From the NCBI RefSeq assembly GCF_018350175.1, contig NC_058368.1, positions 209,810,001 to 209,874,000 of the forward strand: a stretch of 64,000 nucleotides of DNA, read 5' to 3'. Under the pieces are notes generated by a model. That model searched no databases and was not told the origin of the DNA. It saw only the letters and a program-made list of their open reading frames with translations. Origin of the DNA: Felis catus. Taxonomy: Eukaryota. This document shows positions 23,880 through 37,062 of the stretch, piece by piece. Both the position numbers and the translations under genes were made by a program. Every line of letters begins with the position of its first letter. Position 1 is the first letter of the stretch.

Positions 23880-24477
23880 CTTTAAAAGAAAAGGCACAAC
23901 AGGGATTAACGGTGATTTTTGTTTTCTGTTTTTAACTTTTCTGTTGTCCAAATTTTCTATAATCATATACAATACCTTGCATTCAGAGAATAGTGTTATA
24001 GAAGGTATCTATCATCTATCCATCTAATCTGTGACAAACCCCTACCAGTTCCTCAGCACAGACAGACACACACGCACTCAAATAAAAAGCATATCTTAAC
24101 AGGAAAGAGGTATCTGGCTGAAGACGTTGAAGTAGGGTTTTTTTTTTTAAACCCTAATAAAATGACTATAATGGGCTTTTAAGAACTATAAATCCAAACA
24201 TTCACAATAGTCCCTTTACTGTCTATAGGATCATGCTATGGGATCATGGACAAATCACTGAACATCCTTCAGCTCATGTTCTGCAGCTGTGAAACAGAAA
24301 GAACTGTGGTGGTTCTACCTCACAGGGTTGTTGTGATGATCAAATTGAGCAGAATATATGAGAACATCTTGTAAATTTTAAAGTACTACACTACTATTGG
24401 CTAATGGTGCTCAATAACAAAACCCTTTAGGGACTAGACTTAGCTGGGGATTTCATTAAATAGTAAAATTTTTAAAT

Positions 24478-25020
24478 CCCATATGCACCCCAATGTTTAT
24501 AGCAGCATTATTTACAATAGCCAAATTATAAAAGCAGCCCATGTGACTGTTTACTGATGAATGGATAAAGAAGATGTGGGGTACATATATACAATGGAAT
24601 ATTACTCAACCATAAAAAGAATGAAATCTTGCTCTTTGCAACAACATGGATGGAGCTAGAGGGTATAATGCTAGGTGACATAAGTCAGTCAGAGAAAGGC
24701 AAATACCATATGATTTTATTCATACGTGGAATTTAAGAAACAAAATAAATGAACAAAGGGAAAAGAGAGAGAGAGAGAGAGAAAGAAACCAAGAGACAGA
24801 CTCTTAACTATGGAGAACAAACTGGTGGTTACCAGAGGGGAGGTAGGTGGGAGGACAGATTAAATAGGTGATGGGAATTAAAGAGAGAATTTATCATGAT
24901 GAGCATTGAATAATGTATAGAATTGTTGAATCACTATGTTGTATACCTGAAACTAATAAACACTGTATGTTAACTAAACTGGAATTAAGTTAAAAACTTA
25001 ACAAAATTTAAAACAATTTA
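24478..25020 (+). mobile_element. 5'-truncated carnivore L1 (ORF2 end plus 3'UTR), antisense to SLC1A3
   Basis: atgcaccccaatgtttatagcagcattatttacaatagccaa…gaatggataaagaagatgtgg…acatggatggagctagag…gtatacctgaaactaa with an A-rich tail. Confidence 0.85.
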
Positions 25021-26419
25021 AAAATTCCCCAACAAAGGTCTTCTAGGCACTTCTGATAATATTATTCTTAAGAATAGATGTTTCATTAATAGCTGAGGAT
25101 GACAACCTAACTCTCAGGTCAATAAAGGAATTTCTCTTCGTATTCAAGATATGGTGTTTTCCCAATAGCTTCTGCATAGATGCCCCAGACAGAAGATGTG
25201 AGCATATGATTGTGACCATATAAAACAATTAAGCCCATCCATCTATGATTTTAATGAGAGCAGAATTCCTGGCCTTTGTGTTGATGGTAGTCAAGGATCA
25301 GGGAGAGTAATAATGTATGGATGTTGACTGGTTCTCACAGCTGTACATGAAGTGCTGGGCCATTTCTCTACCAAGAGTGAATGGGAGACTTTTTTGTCCA
25401 ATAGGAAACCACTATTCTCAAACAAGGACGGCCAGCTGTCAATACTGGGGACACATCTCTGAACAACCAGTGATACTGCTTGTAATTCTAAGTAACAAAG
25501 AAACTGGCCCTTTTTGGTGTCCTATTCCCGTCAACTCTCAAATCTCTATTTCATCAGGATGCCTATGCATTTTATGGATTGTCTAGGGTAGATTTCCAAT
25601 CCTGGTTAGCCTTTCCTAAGCCTCCAAGTCTTTCCCCTTAGACCCAGTTTGTAGCCTACAGAAATAGCAACCTCGTTTGCATTCTGGCCTAAGACAAATA
25701 GATCTGGGAAGATACTTTTGCTTCCCTTTCAAAATCCTGTAAATGCAATCCCAAACCAAATACAATAAATCTGCTTAAGTCTGCACTTTTCCTGGTGCTG
25801 CTAGAAATCAGCATTTTTGATGTTGTCCAGTGCCAGCTGACTAACTGGAATAGTCAGCCCCATGGTGCTGGGGTTGGCTTGTTGGATTGAAAGGGGTTTA
25901 TTATTTATGATTATTGTTGGTTTTGAATAAAGAAAGTTCGATTTGGGCTTCTTAAACTTTTTTTTAAGGAAAGGATTCTGTTTGAATCTTGCAGCGTGTG
26001 CACACATTACCTATTAAAAATAGTCAACAAAAATTTTAAAAAGTGGGGGGACAAAGGGTGACTTGTATGTGTAAAATTTAGTCCTCCACAAGGCTGGGGT
26101 TTTATTTTGTTTGTTTTACAGATAGGGTTAGGGAATTACAACTAGGGTCAAGTAACACCATCTGGAGAAATGTTTTGGAACTATTATTTAACCCAGAATG
26201 TCTAAGTGTTTTCCTTTTAATGTTTTGGGCCACAAAGCTTTTTTTATTCAGGTGAAGTTAGAATGAACTTTAATCCCTAGCAGCAAAGTATATTTGTATC
26301 CACAACACAGACAGCCAAGAACTGTTTGGATATGGGCGAAAAGGAAAAGGAACTGGACCTCACTATAGCCTCCAGGGAGGTGTCTCAAACCTTTCCAGGA
26401 AGCAGAATGTAGGAGCAGA

Positions 26420-26612
26420 AAGAGGATAGAATTTGGAGTCAGCACAGTAGGTTTGGATTCTGGATCTACCATTTATTACTTGTAAGATCTTGTGCCTATT
26501 AGACCATCCTGAATTATCATGGACGAGTTTCCTCATCAATGAAATGAAGACAATGATACCCATCATATTCATGTGAGGACTGCATATAACATTAGTGCTT
26601 GGCACATAGAAT
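26420..26612. mobile_element. MIR relic
   Basis: tttggagtcag…gagtttcctcatc…agtgcttggcacatag. Confidence 0.6.
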
Positions 26613-27073
26613 CCATAAGGCTCTTAGGAGACTTTAAAAAAAACAACCCATTCACTTTTTACATTAAACCCAGAAACTTGAATAATCTCTCTAATGTTTA
26701 AAGCAAATTGTAAATGTATTTTCCACTAGAATTTGTTTGCTTGGTGGGCTTTTGTGTGTGGAATGTGGGGACAAGAAGAGGGAGGGAGTCTCCTGATTGG
26801 CCTTTTTAACAATTAACAGAGACTCGATGAGCTATTCGTATGCGACACATTTAGTACCTGGTAACTAATAAGCCTTTAGTACAGGGTAAGACCTCCCCAC
26901 ACCCTACAAATCCCCCAGAAAACCCTAGTGCTTTCCATCTGGTTGGCAAAAGAGTGTTTCTTACTGCAGAGAAATGGAAAAAAAAATAAAACAAAATGGA
27001 TAAGGAGGTCCCACTCTGTTTGGTATGCCAAAGAGGAATTTCAAAAGCGAATTAGTGGCTATAGAGTGTTTAC

Positions 27074-27116
27074 CTGTTTAAAGCAGGCTTCCACCAGATT
27101 TGGAGGGAACATATTC
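27074..27116 (-). CDS. SLC1A3: SLC1A3 coding exon (exon 5), 43 nt
   Basis: Encodes NMFPPNLVEACFKQ; acceptor tttgcag|G, donor CAG|gtaaac. Confidence 0.96.
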
Positions 27117-29967
27117 CTGCAAAGAAAATAATGGTCACTTGAAAAAGTTCTCAAATAATAAGTTTGTTTCTTAAACACTTTTTCATTGTGTCTAAGGTAA
27201 AGATTGTTTTGAACTAAGTAGCATATGGGAAAAAAAGAAAGGTGTTGGTGAATTTTATGTCTTGTCATGGGACATATGGTCATCCCTAAGTGGGGCCCAT
27301 GTAGTTCATATTTTCCAGGGAAATCTCAAATTCAACTCCTCTGTCCTTTTGTCAGACAATGGGATTTTTCACTTCATCATTGTATCTTCAAATCCCGCTC
27401 CCAGGAAGAACCAAAGTGAGAATGGAAACAGCTTTGGCTACACATGTTCTGGTAAACTGAGGTATTATCGAATAGTGGCCATTTTGGTTTTGTGCCATGT
27501 GTCCAGGGACTGAATGTTCTGAATCATATGCCATGGTCAGACTGCTGAATTTTGTTCTCTACAGAGTCCTCCCAAAGGCCCTCTGGGGGATGGGATATTT
27601 ACTCTGAATTACTGGAGCTTCTGAGGCTCCTTGGTAACCAACAGGGAGATGGCCCACAAAACTTAAACTTGTGGTACATGTGGCAAAGTTTGTCACTTTC
27701 TCAGAGCAGTGTTTGAGTTCATGGTAGAGTTCAAGGGACAACGATCTAGCCGGAGAGTCTCTAACCAGCTGTGTGACCTTGGCCAAGTCACTGCACCTAT
27801 TCAGGTTTTAGTTGATTTATCTGTTGAAGAGGAGACTGGATTAAACTATCATTCGGACTCCAAGGTTGAAGACTGTGGGAGGAGACATGGCCCAGGCAGT
27901 TGCAGAGCCCGAGATCCCAGCAGTTGTGTGCTATCAAAGTCATATTTTAAGGTTAAAAACTCTAGTCCCTTTCTTCTTACTGCCTAGACCATCCTATTTG
28001 CTTTTCCTTCCTATCTATGCTCTGTGAGTCTGTTTTTATAAATCTTGATAGAAATGTGGGTTTGGGAGATTTCAGGAAAAATGCCCAAGCCAAGTGACTG
28101 GGTGGGGATAGGTTAGTCATATACCTGCCTACCAGTGGGGCGGGCAAGGAGAGGCAGAAACACACAGCATTCAGATGGATCAACCAGAATTGAGATGACA
28201 AGATCCCAATTCTTTAAACAAGGAGTAGAAATTATACAGAAAGAGAATATAATAAAATACTCCTAACCTACCTAATGGTAAAGTTCATGAAAAAGTGGTG
28301 AAAAGCCTTAATTAATTTTCTGAACTAAATACAATCATAGCTATCAGGTAACAACTTGGTATAAAATAATGTTATATAGGATGGCTTCTTACCTTCAGAT
28401 AATTGTGATTAACTCCTAGAAAGGGCTTTTAAGAAGAGGATCTATGGGGCTGGGTTGTTCTTACAAACAGATGGTACAAAGTCATTCATGGTAGAAATTC
28501 AGAAGTGCTGCTGAAGAGAGCCTTTGTTGCTCAAATCTCTGCTAAATCTACCTGCCACAGAGCCATCCCTTGAGATGGCATGTGAAATCAAGTCCCTAGG
28601 AAGACTTTCTTTCAGATGATCAACGGGCAACCCTTTGGGGTAGGCATCTAGGGTTGGTAAACCAGTCACTTTGTAAGAAAGTTGTATAGTAGGGAGGAAA
28701 GGGCCAGGTTTGGGGAGGATAGGTTGGGAAGGCTACATGGTGGAGGAATGCCAAGCAGGTGGGAAATATAGAGGCCTGTGCTGGGGTATCTTCCATTTGT
28801 CTTTCTAGACCCACTCTCCATCCTGCTCTGTACTCTGGGAGTCTGGCCCCTTGGGTTGTAGCGCGTGGGCTCTCTTGCCTTCCGGCTTCCTTTTGGGTTT
28901 GTACAGTGGGATGTGCCGACAGATGACAGGGCAGTGGGACATGGAAGTGGATATGCACATTCTTCAGCTCTCTCTTTGACAGGTTGGGCAGCAGTGCTCT
29001 CCCTCTAAATTAGAGCTATTATTCTTGTCACAGGGCCTTTTCCCAAGACCACAGCTCTTCCTGAATTCCTCCCTTTGCCCCTCAGAGCTGGGGTGGCAAC
29101 AAAACACCTTCCTATTGCCTTCAGTCCCCTGGTGCCTTACCACCCCTTGTAGGCTCCCTTAACCCTGTCTGTACCTTTGCAAAGCCCTCTCAGGGATCCT
29201 TTTGAATATGCAATATGCTTCCAGCCAGGATCTGACTGATGCAAGCGAAGGTGTGTAGAGAGAACAAACAGGAAGGTGTCAGGATCAAACCTTGGTTTAC
29301 TTCACAGTTCTGTGTGAGATGACTCTGCCATCAAGTCCCTTTCAAGAATCAGATAAGACTTATTTGCAATCGGTGTATGGTTTATATACAAAACAATGCC
29401 AAAGAAGCCACCCTTTAATCTTTTCTTGCTGCTCTGCCAAATCCTTTCTTCATAAATGGTATAAAAGGAAAACCTTAGAACAAGTATGACCAGATGATCT
29501 TTAAAGTCCCTTCTGGACAGAAATTGTTGTGTATAATGGATGATGATACAGATGACAAATTCTAAAGTAGAAGAGTCCAATCCACAGGCTATACTTGAAC
29601 ACAAGCAAACCTTAAACAGCAAAACTGGAAAAAAGTAGGGTAAGGCTTATTAATATTCCAAGGTAAGTGGCACAGCTGAAAGGAGAACCGAGGGATCAGA
29701 GAACAGACTGATCAGTGATCAGTGAATCCTCAAAACAGGGCACTCAAAATCTATATCCTCTCTCTGTTCTTCTCACCTCTTTCCCATTAGATCAGAAAAT
29801 AGAAATTTACTTTAATTTCTATTAGAAAGAAGTAAAGATGTGACCTTCATTGCAAAGCCCAGCAAGGCTGGTTCAGTTAGACACCTGTTTTGTGGTTTGA
29901 TTAGCTCCCCCAAATGAGGGGTTGGGTGGTCAAAACATACCCAAAGGATGAGCTTGCAAGGACGTAC

Positions 29968-30172
29968 CTGATCAGGTCCAGGAAGGCGTCCGCAGCTGTC
30001 ACTTGTACAATTTTGCCTTCTCTGTGCATATTTTCCTTTGTGCCTTTCCCGGGGTGGATGATGATGACAATGATTATGCCAATCACCACGGCAATGATGG
30101 TCGTAGTCATGTAATAGACTACAGCTCGCATTCCCATCTTCCCTGACGCCTTACTATCTAGGGCCGCCATTC
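29968..30172 (-). CDS. SLC1A3: SLC1A3 coding exon (human exon 4 equivalent), 205 nt
   Basis: Encodes (G)[68 protein letters not shown]; acceptor ccag|GA, donor AG|gtacgt. Confidence 0.97.
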
Positions 30173-33100
30173 CTGGTGAAGGCAAACAGAAGGAGATTTT
30201 CAGGAAGTCAGTCCAAGGAATTCTCCAGTGGAAGGTAACGGGAACAGTATTTCCTTCTATACCCCCCTGCCCTCATTCCAGCCGGCAATGGGATTTTACA
30301 TAAGTTATGAGAACTTGGCATCATTTTTAGTCAAGGCATCATAAAAGGTGAAAAAAAAAAGCGCCATAGAATAGCTAGTCATCAGCTGTGTCAGCAAACA
30401 CCTGATCACCCTTTTCTTGCCTCAAGAGTTGATTTCACATGGCTCTCTAATAATATGAAAAGGACCTTAAATTGTCTCCTACGTTATTACTGGATGGGGA
30501 GGCTATGAGTGTACATAGCGAATAGCGTGTGTGTATCTGTAGATGAAGAGTTACTTAGAAAAATTTTCTGGCAGGATAACTTGAGCATATTTCAACTCAC
30601 TGTGGTGTCTCGCAAGGATTAACTGGCACTAAATATTCTTCCAAGAATTATTATTTTATATAAGTACTTGGGAGCTCTTTTTTGATGTCTTTATGCAAAA
30701 TTGAAGCCATTATTCTGATCACCTACTAACTTAGCTTCAACTTGCATTTAAATTAGACATTATGTAATAAAGCCAAAGTTCTCAAACAGTTTCTCTGTGG
30801 TTTCATTTCATTTCATCTCATCAAAATTACAAAAAAAAAAATTTTTTTTTTTATTTTGGTAGGGTTCTTCTCATGTTTCCACCTCATCCCCTGGGCATGG
30901 AGTACCTCATCTCATGTTAAACATCTTCACCCCCCTATTTTCAGGACATTCTTCAAAGTCTACCTCAGGTGAGGTGTTATCCTAGGTAAAAAAGGAGGCG
31001 TGACTTTCAAGATTTCCCTTACTACTCTAGCAAATGGAACACATCTTAATGCCTCTTGGATGGAAAAAAATTGGAAATGATACAAACCCCTCAGAAGATT
31101 AGATTATAATAATATGAGCTCTTCTGTTTCATTAGCTATTTCCCCACTTTTCTTCTTTCTTTCCCCTCCTGAATCGCACTAAAACTCTAAAATCCAATTA
31201 TAGTACAATCCAATTATAATGAATTGGGACTATTTTCTTTACTATTTAAAATTGTGTTTTTATAAATTGTATTAAAAGGTTATACTGTATCCTAATGATC
31301 AGTATCAGATTCTAATAGTGGTTCAATCTTTAGGTAGTGACCCTGTTCATACCAACATATTTAGAGTAAGGTAAAGTATTGGAAAAAATAGTATCCACAG
31401 TTGCCAGATAACTGGCTGGGTTTGCCCAAAAAAACATGATAGAATGGTAATGAGCTGATGTGGGAATTGAGGCCAGAGCTTTCAATTTATAATTTCATTT
31501 GTATTTGAACCCTGTCATTCATAATAAACACTTATTATTATGCTTATGATACGTTCTTATTTTTAACAACAGCCTGTAACACAGATTTAAAAACACTTAA
31601 GTGACTGTCTCAGGTCTTAGTTAACAACAAATAAAATGGAGTGGGAACTTGAACTTTGCTTTTATGTAAATAATCTTCCTGTACTTTTTGCCTCTGAGAA
31701 AACCACTTGCAGCTCCCACAAACAACAAGGCCAACTTTGGCTTTAATGCATGAATTTAACTTCTCCTCCCCATGCATTTCAAGAAACCCAGGGCTGAGTA
31801 TCCATTTATTGGGATGATGCCACTTCAACACTTTCACCAACCTTCAAAATGGGCCAATCTGTTCTCAAAGTGTCCCGTCCCACCATTTTCATCCTCAGGT
31901 CTGAATCACATCTCAAATATTTTGGCTTCCTGTGCCTGCAATAATTTCTCTCAGAAGGGGCCTGCTCTCTTGCCCATTATAGCCTGAGCTTGTCACCACT
32001 GAAGCCTGAAATTCTTCTGCAGCAAGTGGTGTGGGCACAATAGGCCGGATATCTCTGCTAGGGGGTACCAGGCAGCAGTATTTTCTTCCTCTGAGATGCT
32101 TTCTTTCCCTCTTGCCTTCTATTCTGTAGTGCTGTTCCGTTCTCACGCCAACGCTTCTCTGACGTTCCTGCCCACTATTCCCGACCTATAGCTATTCAGA
32201 GAGAGCGCTAAGTGGTCAAGGCAGAGCACTGGAAACCAAAGTGGCAAACAAAGGAGGGGGCTTAAATCTCCCTCCCTCCCACCATGGGGTAGGGATTGAA
32301 GTTATCCCGGAATCCACAGCTACAAGGCTATCAACTCAAAGAAATGAGTATTATTTATAGGATTTTTTTTCATTTAAAAATGAAAACCAATATAAAAGTA
32401 TTTTCTCCATACTTTTAAATTCTGAAATAGCTGAAGACAACCACCAAGGCATTTTTTTAGCAGTGAGCCCAGAAGGAGAATCCACAGTCAAATGAGAGGC
32501 CTCACCCATCTCTGTATATTGACCCTTTTCCTTTGAAAGAGGATAAAGCAACAGCTGCTATTATTTCAGCCAAGGAAAGAGGGTTGTGTATGTGTTGGGG
32601 TGAGGGGAGTGTCTTCATTAGCTGATTCTCCAGGTAGGTCCTTTCCCAAAAGGGGGCTTGGCCTTCCCACTTCTACCCCTGGTCCTCCATCTCCTCCTCA
32701 CCACCCACCAGCCCTGACCATTCCCCTTCCCCTGAGACAGGCTTGTAAAACTAAAGGGGACTGGGGACAAGGCCACACACCATCAGGAGGGCAAAAGTAG
32801 GACGGATGTGGACAGTGTGCCACACGCAGGGAATAGCCCCGATACTGGTGGAACCAGGAAAATGGAGGACGAGCTCTGGAAGACAAAACCCAATATGGGC
32901 AGTGTCACTCTTTCTCTCCTTTACCCAAACTCTGTGACCATCTCTGTTCCCCAGCCTCCTGAAATCTGAGACAAAGCTCTACATCAGAGACTATACGCAC
33001 ATGTCAGATCATCTGGGGGCAAGGGTAAAGTACTAAATCACTTTGTAGAAAAGGAAACTCTGGCAGGAAGTGCCCTACATGTTTGGAAAGGGAAAGTTTT

Positions 33101-34178
33101 AACTGAACCTTGTCACTTCAAAATATGTGGAAGTAAAAGGCACCAGGGCAAGGGAGACAGGAGGTCACTCAGGTATGTAGGTACTGATGGGACTGTGTTA
33201 CAACAACTATGCGTTTGTCTAAACATACATTTGAGAAACGCATTCCTGAGCAAGTAGTAAAGATAATGATCTCAACTGGTCTCTTTTTCTTCATTAGAGC
33301 TGGGTTTAGCTAAACCAGACCCATTCAAGACATCTTTACATCTTTATTATGAATGGCAATTCTGCCATCAGAATTGAGACCTTCTTGAAACCCAAGAAAT
33401 ACTATATCGTATAATTGCTACAAGCCCCATGACTGGGCTTCTTATGATAAAGACGTGTTTGTTATGTTTATATGCTTTATATATTTTGAATTCACTTTGG
33501 TGCTAATTCACTAACTTACTCACAAAACCCCACCCCCAATCAATGGCAGATATTCATCTAATTTCATGTCAACTCTATGTTGTAGATGTCATTGATATCA
33601 TTCCGAAGGTAAAGATACAGGAGGTCAGAGAAATTAAGTAACTTGTCCAGTGTTGCATAACTAGTAAATGGCAGTAGTAGAATTCGAACCCACACTCCCA
33701 AGGGATCACTCTTTCCACTATACCTCTCTTCTTATGGACAAGCGAGGAGTCACCCACATTTCGTTTGCTTGTTATCCATGCTAGCTTTCTCTAACTCTCT
33801 TGCATCTGGGTTCAATGTTGAGATGAGCCAACTGGCTGGAGGAAAATTCTGTGGAGGTAGGTAACTGTGGAGACACTCTGGCACGTTACTCGGCATTCCC
33901 TACCTTAAGAGGAAGTGGGTGACACTGGTCACGGAAGGACTAGCTAGAGAATTAATCAATTAGTACACATTTCTCACCATTCCTAGAAAAGCAGCCAAGA
34001 ACATGTTCTAATGGAATGTGAAGGGTCATGGATACTTGCTGGCTGTGGGTATGTGAATCTTATTTTCCTTTCTAAAAACCAGCCCATCAAGAATCAGCCA
34101 TCAAGATAGCAATCCATTGATCATTTCTGCCCATTACATGTTCACCAATGAGGTAAGCATCTAAAAGGGATCAAACGA

Positions 34179-34392
34179 GGGGCTCCTGGGTGGCTCACTC
34201 AGTTGGGGGTCCTACTCTTGATTTCAGCTCTGGTTGTGATATCACGGTTCAGTTCGTGAGTTTGAGCCCCGCACTGCACTCTGCACTGATGGCTCAGGGC
34301 CTGCTTGGGATTCTCTCTCACCTCTCTCTCTGCCCCTCCTCCTGCTCGAGCTCTCTCTCAAAATAAATAAATGAACACTTAAAAAAATAAAA
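34179..34392 (+). mobile_element. Can-SINE
   Basis: ggggctcctgggtggctca…poly-A; TSD aaaag(g/a)gatcaaa. Confidence 0.88.
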
Positions 34393-35505
34393 GAGATCAA
34401 ATAAGATGTTTTTTAGAATGTAGAAGATTAAGACTTTGCTTCAGATACCTGAGTATTTTAGGCAGCAGTCACTTTGAACAGAGGAAGGAAGAAAAGAGTT
34501 TCTTAATGCAAATAGGTAAATACGCATTTACCTCTTTGTTTATAAAGACAGTCTTTTGGTAATCAGTTAACATTAACAAACATGCACCAAATTCATGGTT
34601 TTGGGGGATGGAGGGGGGAGGGAGTGTTTCATAAATATGTATGTGGAACTCTATACGTCTATGTTGTAAATTAGATTTCTTTTGGTATATTATTTGGTAT
34701 GACTTCTTGGATAAATGAAGTATGTATAAAGCCAAGTATAAAGGATAACGTATAAATAATGTCAATTCTCAAGGCTCTATTATTTGCACGGATTTTATTC
34801 TCCCATCTGCTAAAAATCTGTGTCTTATCCATTCATGTGTCTTTTTATACTGCCCCCCAATAACTCCTGTCTCTGCTTTTAAAAACTGAAATTTAAGGAA
34901 GAAGACTTCTGTGATGAATTGTCTTACTACTCATTCTCATGGTGTTTCATTGTTCTTCCAGGGCTGCTGGATCAGGCCCAGAAAGAACGGAAGAGGCTGG
35001 GGGATGGTAAGTGCTGATTCAGGAATATTGTCTGTTTCAGTTTTTATTTTATTTTAGATGCACTCCTTCTCCACAGTGGGCTTCTCAAATACTCATCTAA
35101 TGAAAGCCGCCTGTTCTCCATCCTCCTAGAATTTCAAAATGGGCACACTTACAACAAGGAAACCAAGGATGAGCTCCAGCATGTACCACAGTCATTAGAC
35201 TAAAGGTGATGGATTGTTAATAAGAAAGTTAAATTCTAAGAGCACAATATACTTCATATTTATAGATTGAAAAATGATCTCTTGTGTCATAAAGCAGCCA
35301 CCCACTGCTGGAGCAGGGGCACGCTGGAACCCTCTGAAAGGAGAGTGAGCAAAAGGGTCCAAAAGCTCAGAGGAAAGGCAGGGAGGAGGTTGGCGGGGGC
35401 AGGGAGTAAGGATAAAGTAAATCATTTTAAATCTAAAACTATGTTAAATTTTTCTTCCCTAAAGTATTTCCTTCTGGCCCCTTTACAGACTAGTTTGTTG
35501 AAAAA

Positions 35506-35657
35506 AAAAGTAAAGTTCTACGATTCTATAGGTTCTGGGACAAAAGAATCTTTAAAAGAATCTTTAAAGAATCTTTAAAAAGTAAAAAGTTAAAAGTAAA
35601 GTTCTACGATTCTACAGGTTCTGGGACAAAGAATCTTTAAAAGAATCTTTAAAAAGT
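35506..35657. repeat. Local tandem duplication (~66-78 bp units) containing AAAGAATCTTT sub-repeats
   Basis: aaaagtaaagttctacgattcta(t/c)aggttctgggacaaa occurs twice, followed by 3 and 2 copies of aaagaatcttt. Confidence 0.9.
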
Positions 35658-35819
35658 CTTTTTTTTTTTTTTTTTTTTCTAATAAAAGGTTAGAAAAGGT
35701 TGGTAATGATTGTATCACAATTTTGAATCACAACCAGTAAGTAACTAAACAATAGTTCAAACTGCTTAAGGCCAACCTCAGGTATTTTGGAAACATATTC
35801 TTTTTTAAAAAAAATTATA

Positions 35820-36055
35820 GCTCAGTGATTAAGAGGTTAGGCTTTCATGTGAGAAGACCTGGATTTCACTTCTGGCTCTGGTAGCATATGACCTCTGTAA
35901 GCCTCTGTAAGCCTCAGTTTCCTCAACTGTAGTATGGGAATAATGAAAGCTCCCTTACTGGATTTTCATTGGCATTAAAGGGACTTCCATATTGAAAGCA
36001 CTTAGCATAGTGCCTGGCACATAGTAAGGACTCAACAAATGTTAGCTGCTATTAT
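35820..36055. mobile_element. MIR relic
   Basis: cctcagtttcctcaactgt…aagcacttagcatagtgcctggcacatagtaag…aatgttagct. Confidence 0.7.
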
Positions 36056-37034
36056 TAATTAAGCTTATAAGTAATAAGCAATCTATTCCCTAAGTATTAT
36101 TTGCTCTCTCTAAGTCTCTATTTCATCTAGGCAAGAAGCTAATAATATTTGTAAAATTTGCAAGCTTAGGGAAAACTTATATAAAGAATCCAGACAAAGC
36201 AGCTTCTTGATAAATGCTAGTTATGATCATTATGTGTCTTTCTCTACAAGAATTTTAGTACCACGAAGGCAGAACCATCTGTTTTATTCACTGATGTAGC
36301 CTCAGTGCCTAGAACAGTGCCTGCACTGGAAGGTATCCCATAAATACTCGAATAATCATTCTTATCACTGTTAGTGTTGTTATGCTGGGTAGCGGCCACA
36401 CACATTTTTTTTTTTTTTTTAAACATTTAGGTTAGGTTACTGTGACTTACAAGTACTAAAGTTGCTTTTTGTTTAAAATACTCTGTAATTCTGATTCATC
36501 AATTTTAGTTTCTCTTCCCCCAACTAATCCAAAATAATGAGGTTCATTCTATCTTGAAGAGGGAGAGACAGATCTGGTGGGGAAAGAGTGGCTGAGTGCT
36601 TCATTTCCAGAACTGGGGGGTCATTCACAGCAAGGTGTCCCTGGGATGGTCAGGAAGGTGGAAGGCTGGCACACCTCTACTATTCACTACCAGGAGCACC
36701 CTTCCTCTTTCCCTTCCTCTCCCACTCCTATATAATTTTCCATCTTTTACTAACATGATGCAGTCTTGCAGAGGAGCCTAGATAAGTAACTGCTGAAGTC
36801 CTATCTGTCCACATGTTAACAGAACAACGAGTGAATAAAGTGAAAACATAAACATAGAAAAGGGAATGGAAGAGAGAGATGGGGTCTGACAAGTGCTAAT
36901 GATGCAGGTCATGAAATCAATTCAGTGGGTTATGACTCGTATTTTTTTCCAATAGTGAAAGAAGACAGAATAGAAAATATTAAAGGTGTCGCCTGTGATA
37001 AAGCTAAGTATTATTTTGTGGATCTTTTTTCAGC

Positions 37035-37062
37035 TGTGTGTGTGTGTGTGTGTGTGTGTGTG
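37035..37062. repeat. (TG)n microsatellite
   Basis: Direct reading of the sequence. Confidence 0.9.

Noticed and set aside
33998..34009. AGAACATGTTCT palindrome as a p53 or steroid response element
   Set aside because: Only one p53 half-site with no adjacent partner, and it lacks the 3-bp spacer of a GRE/ARE.
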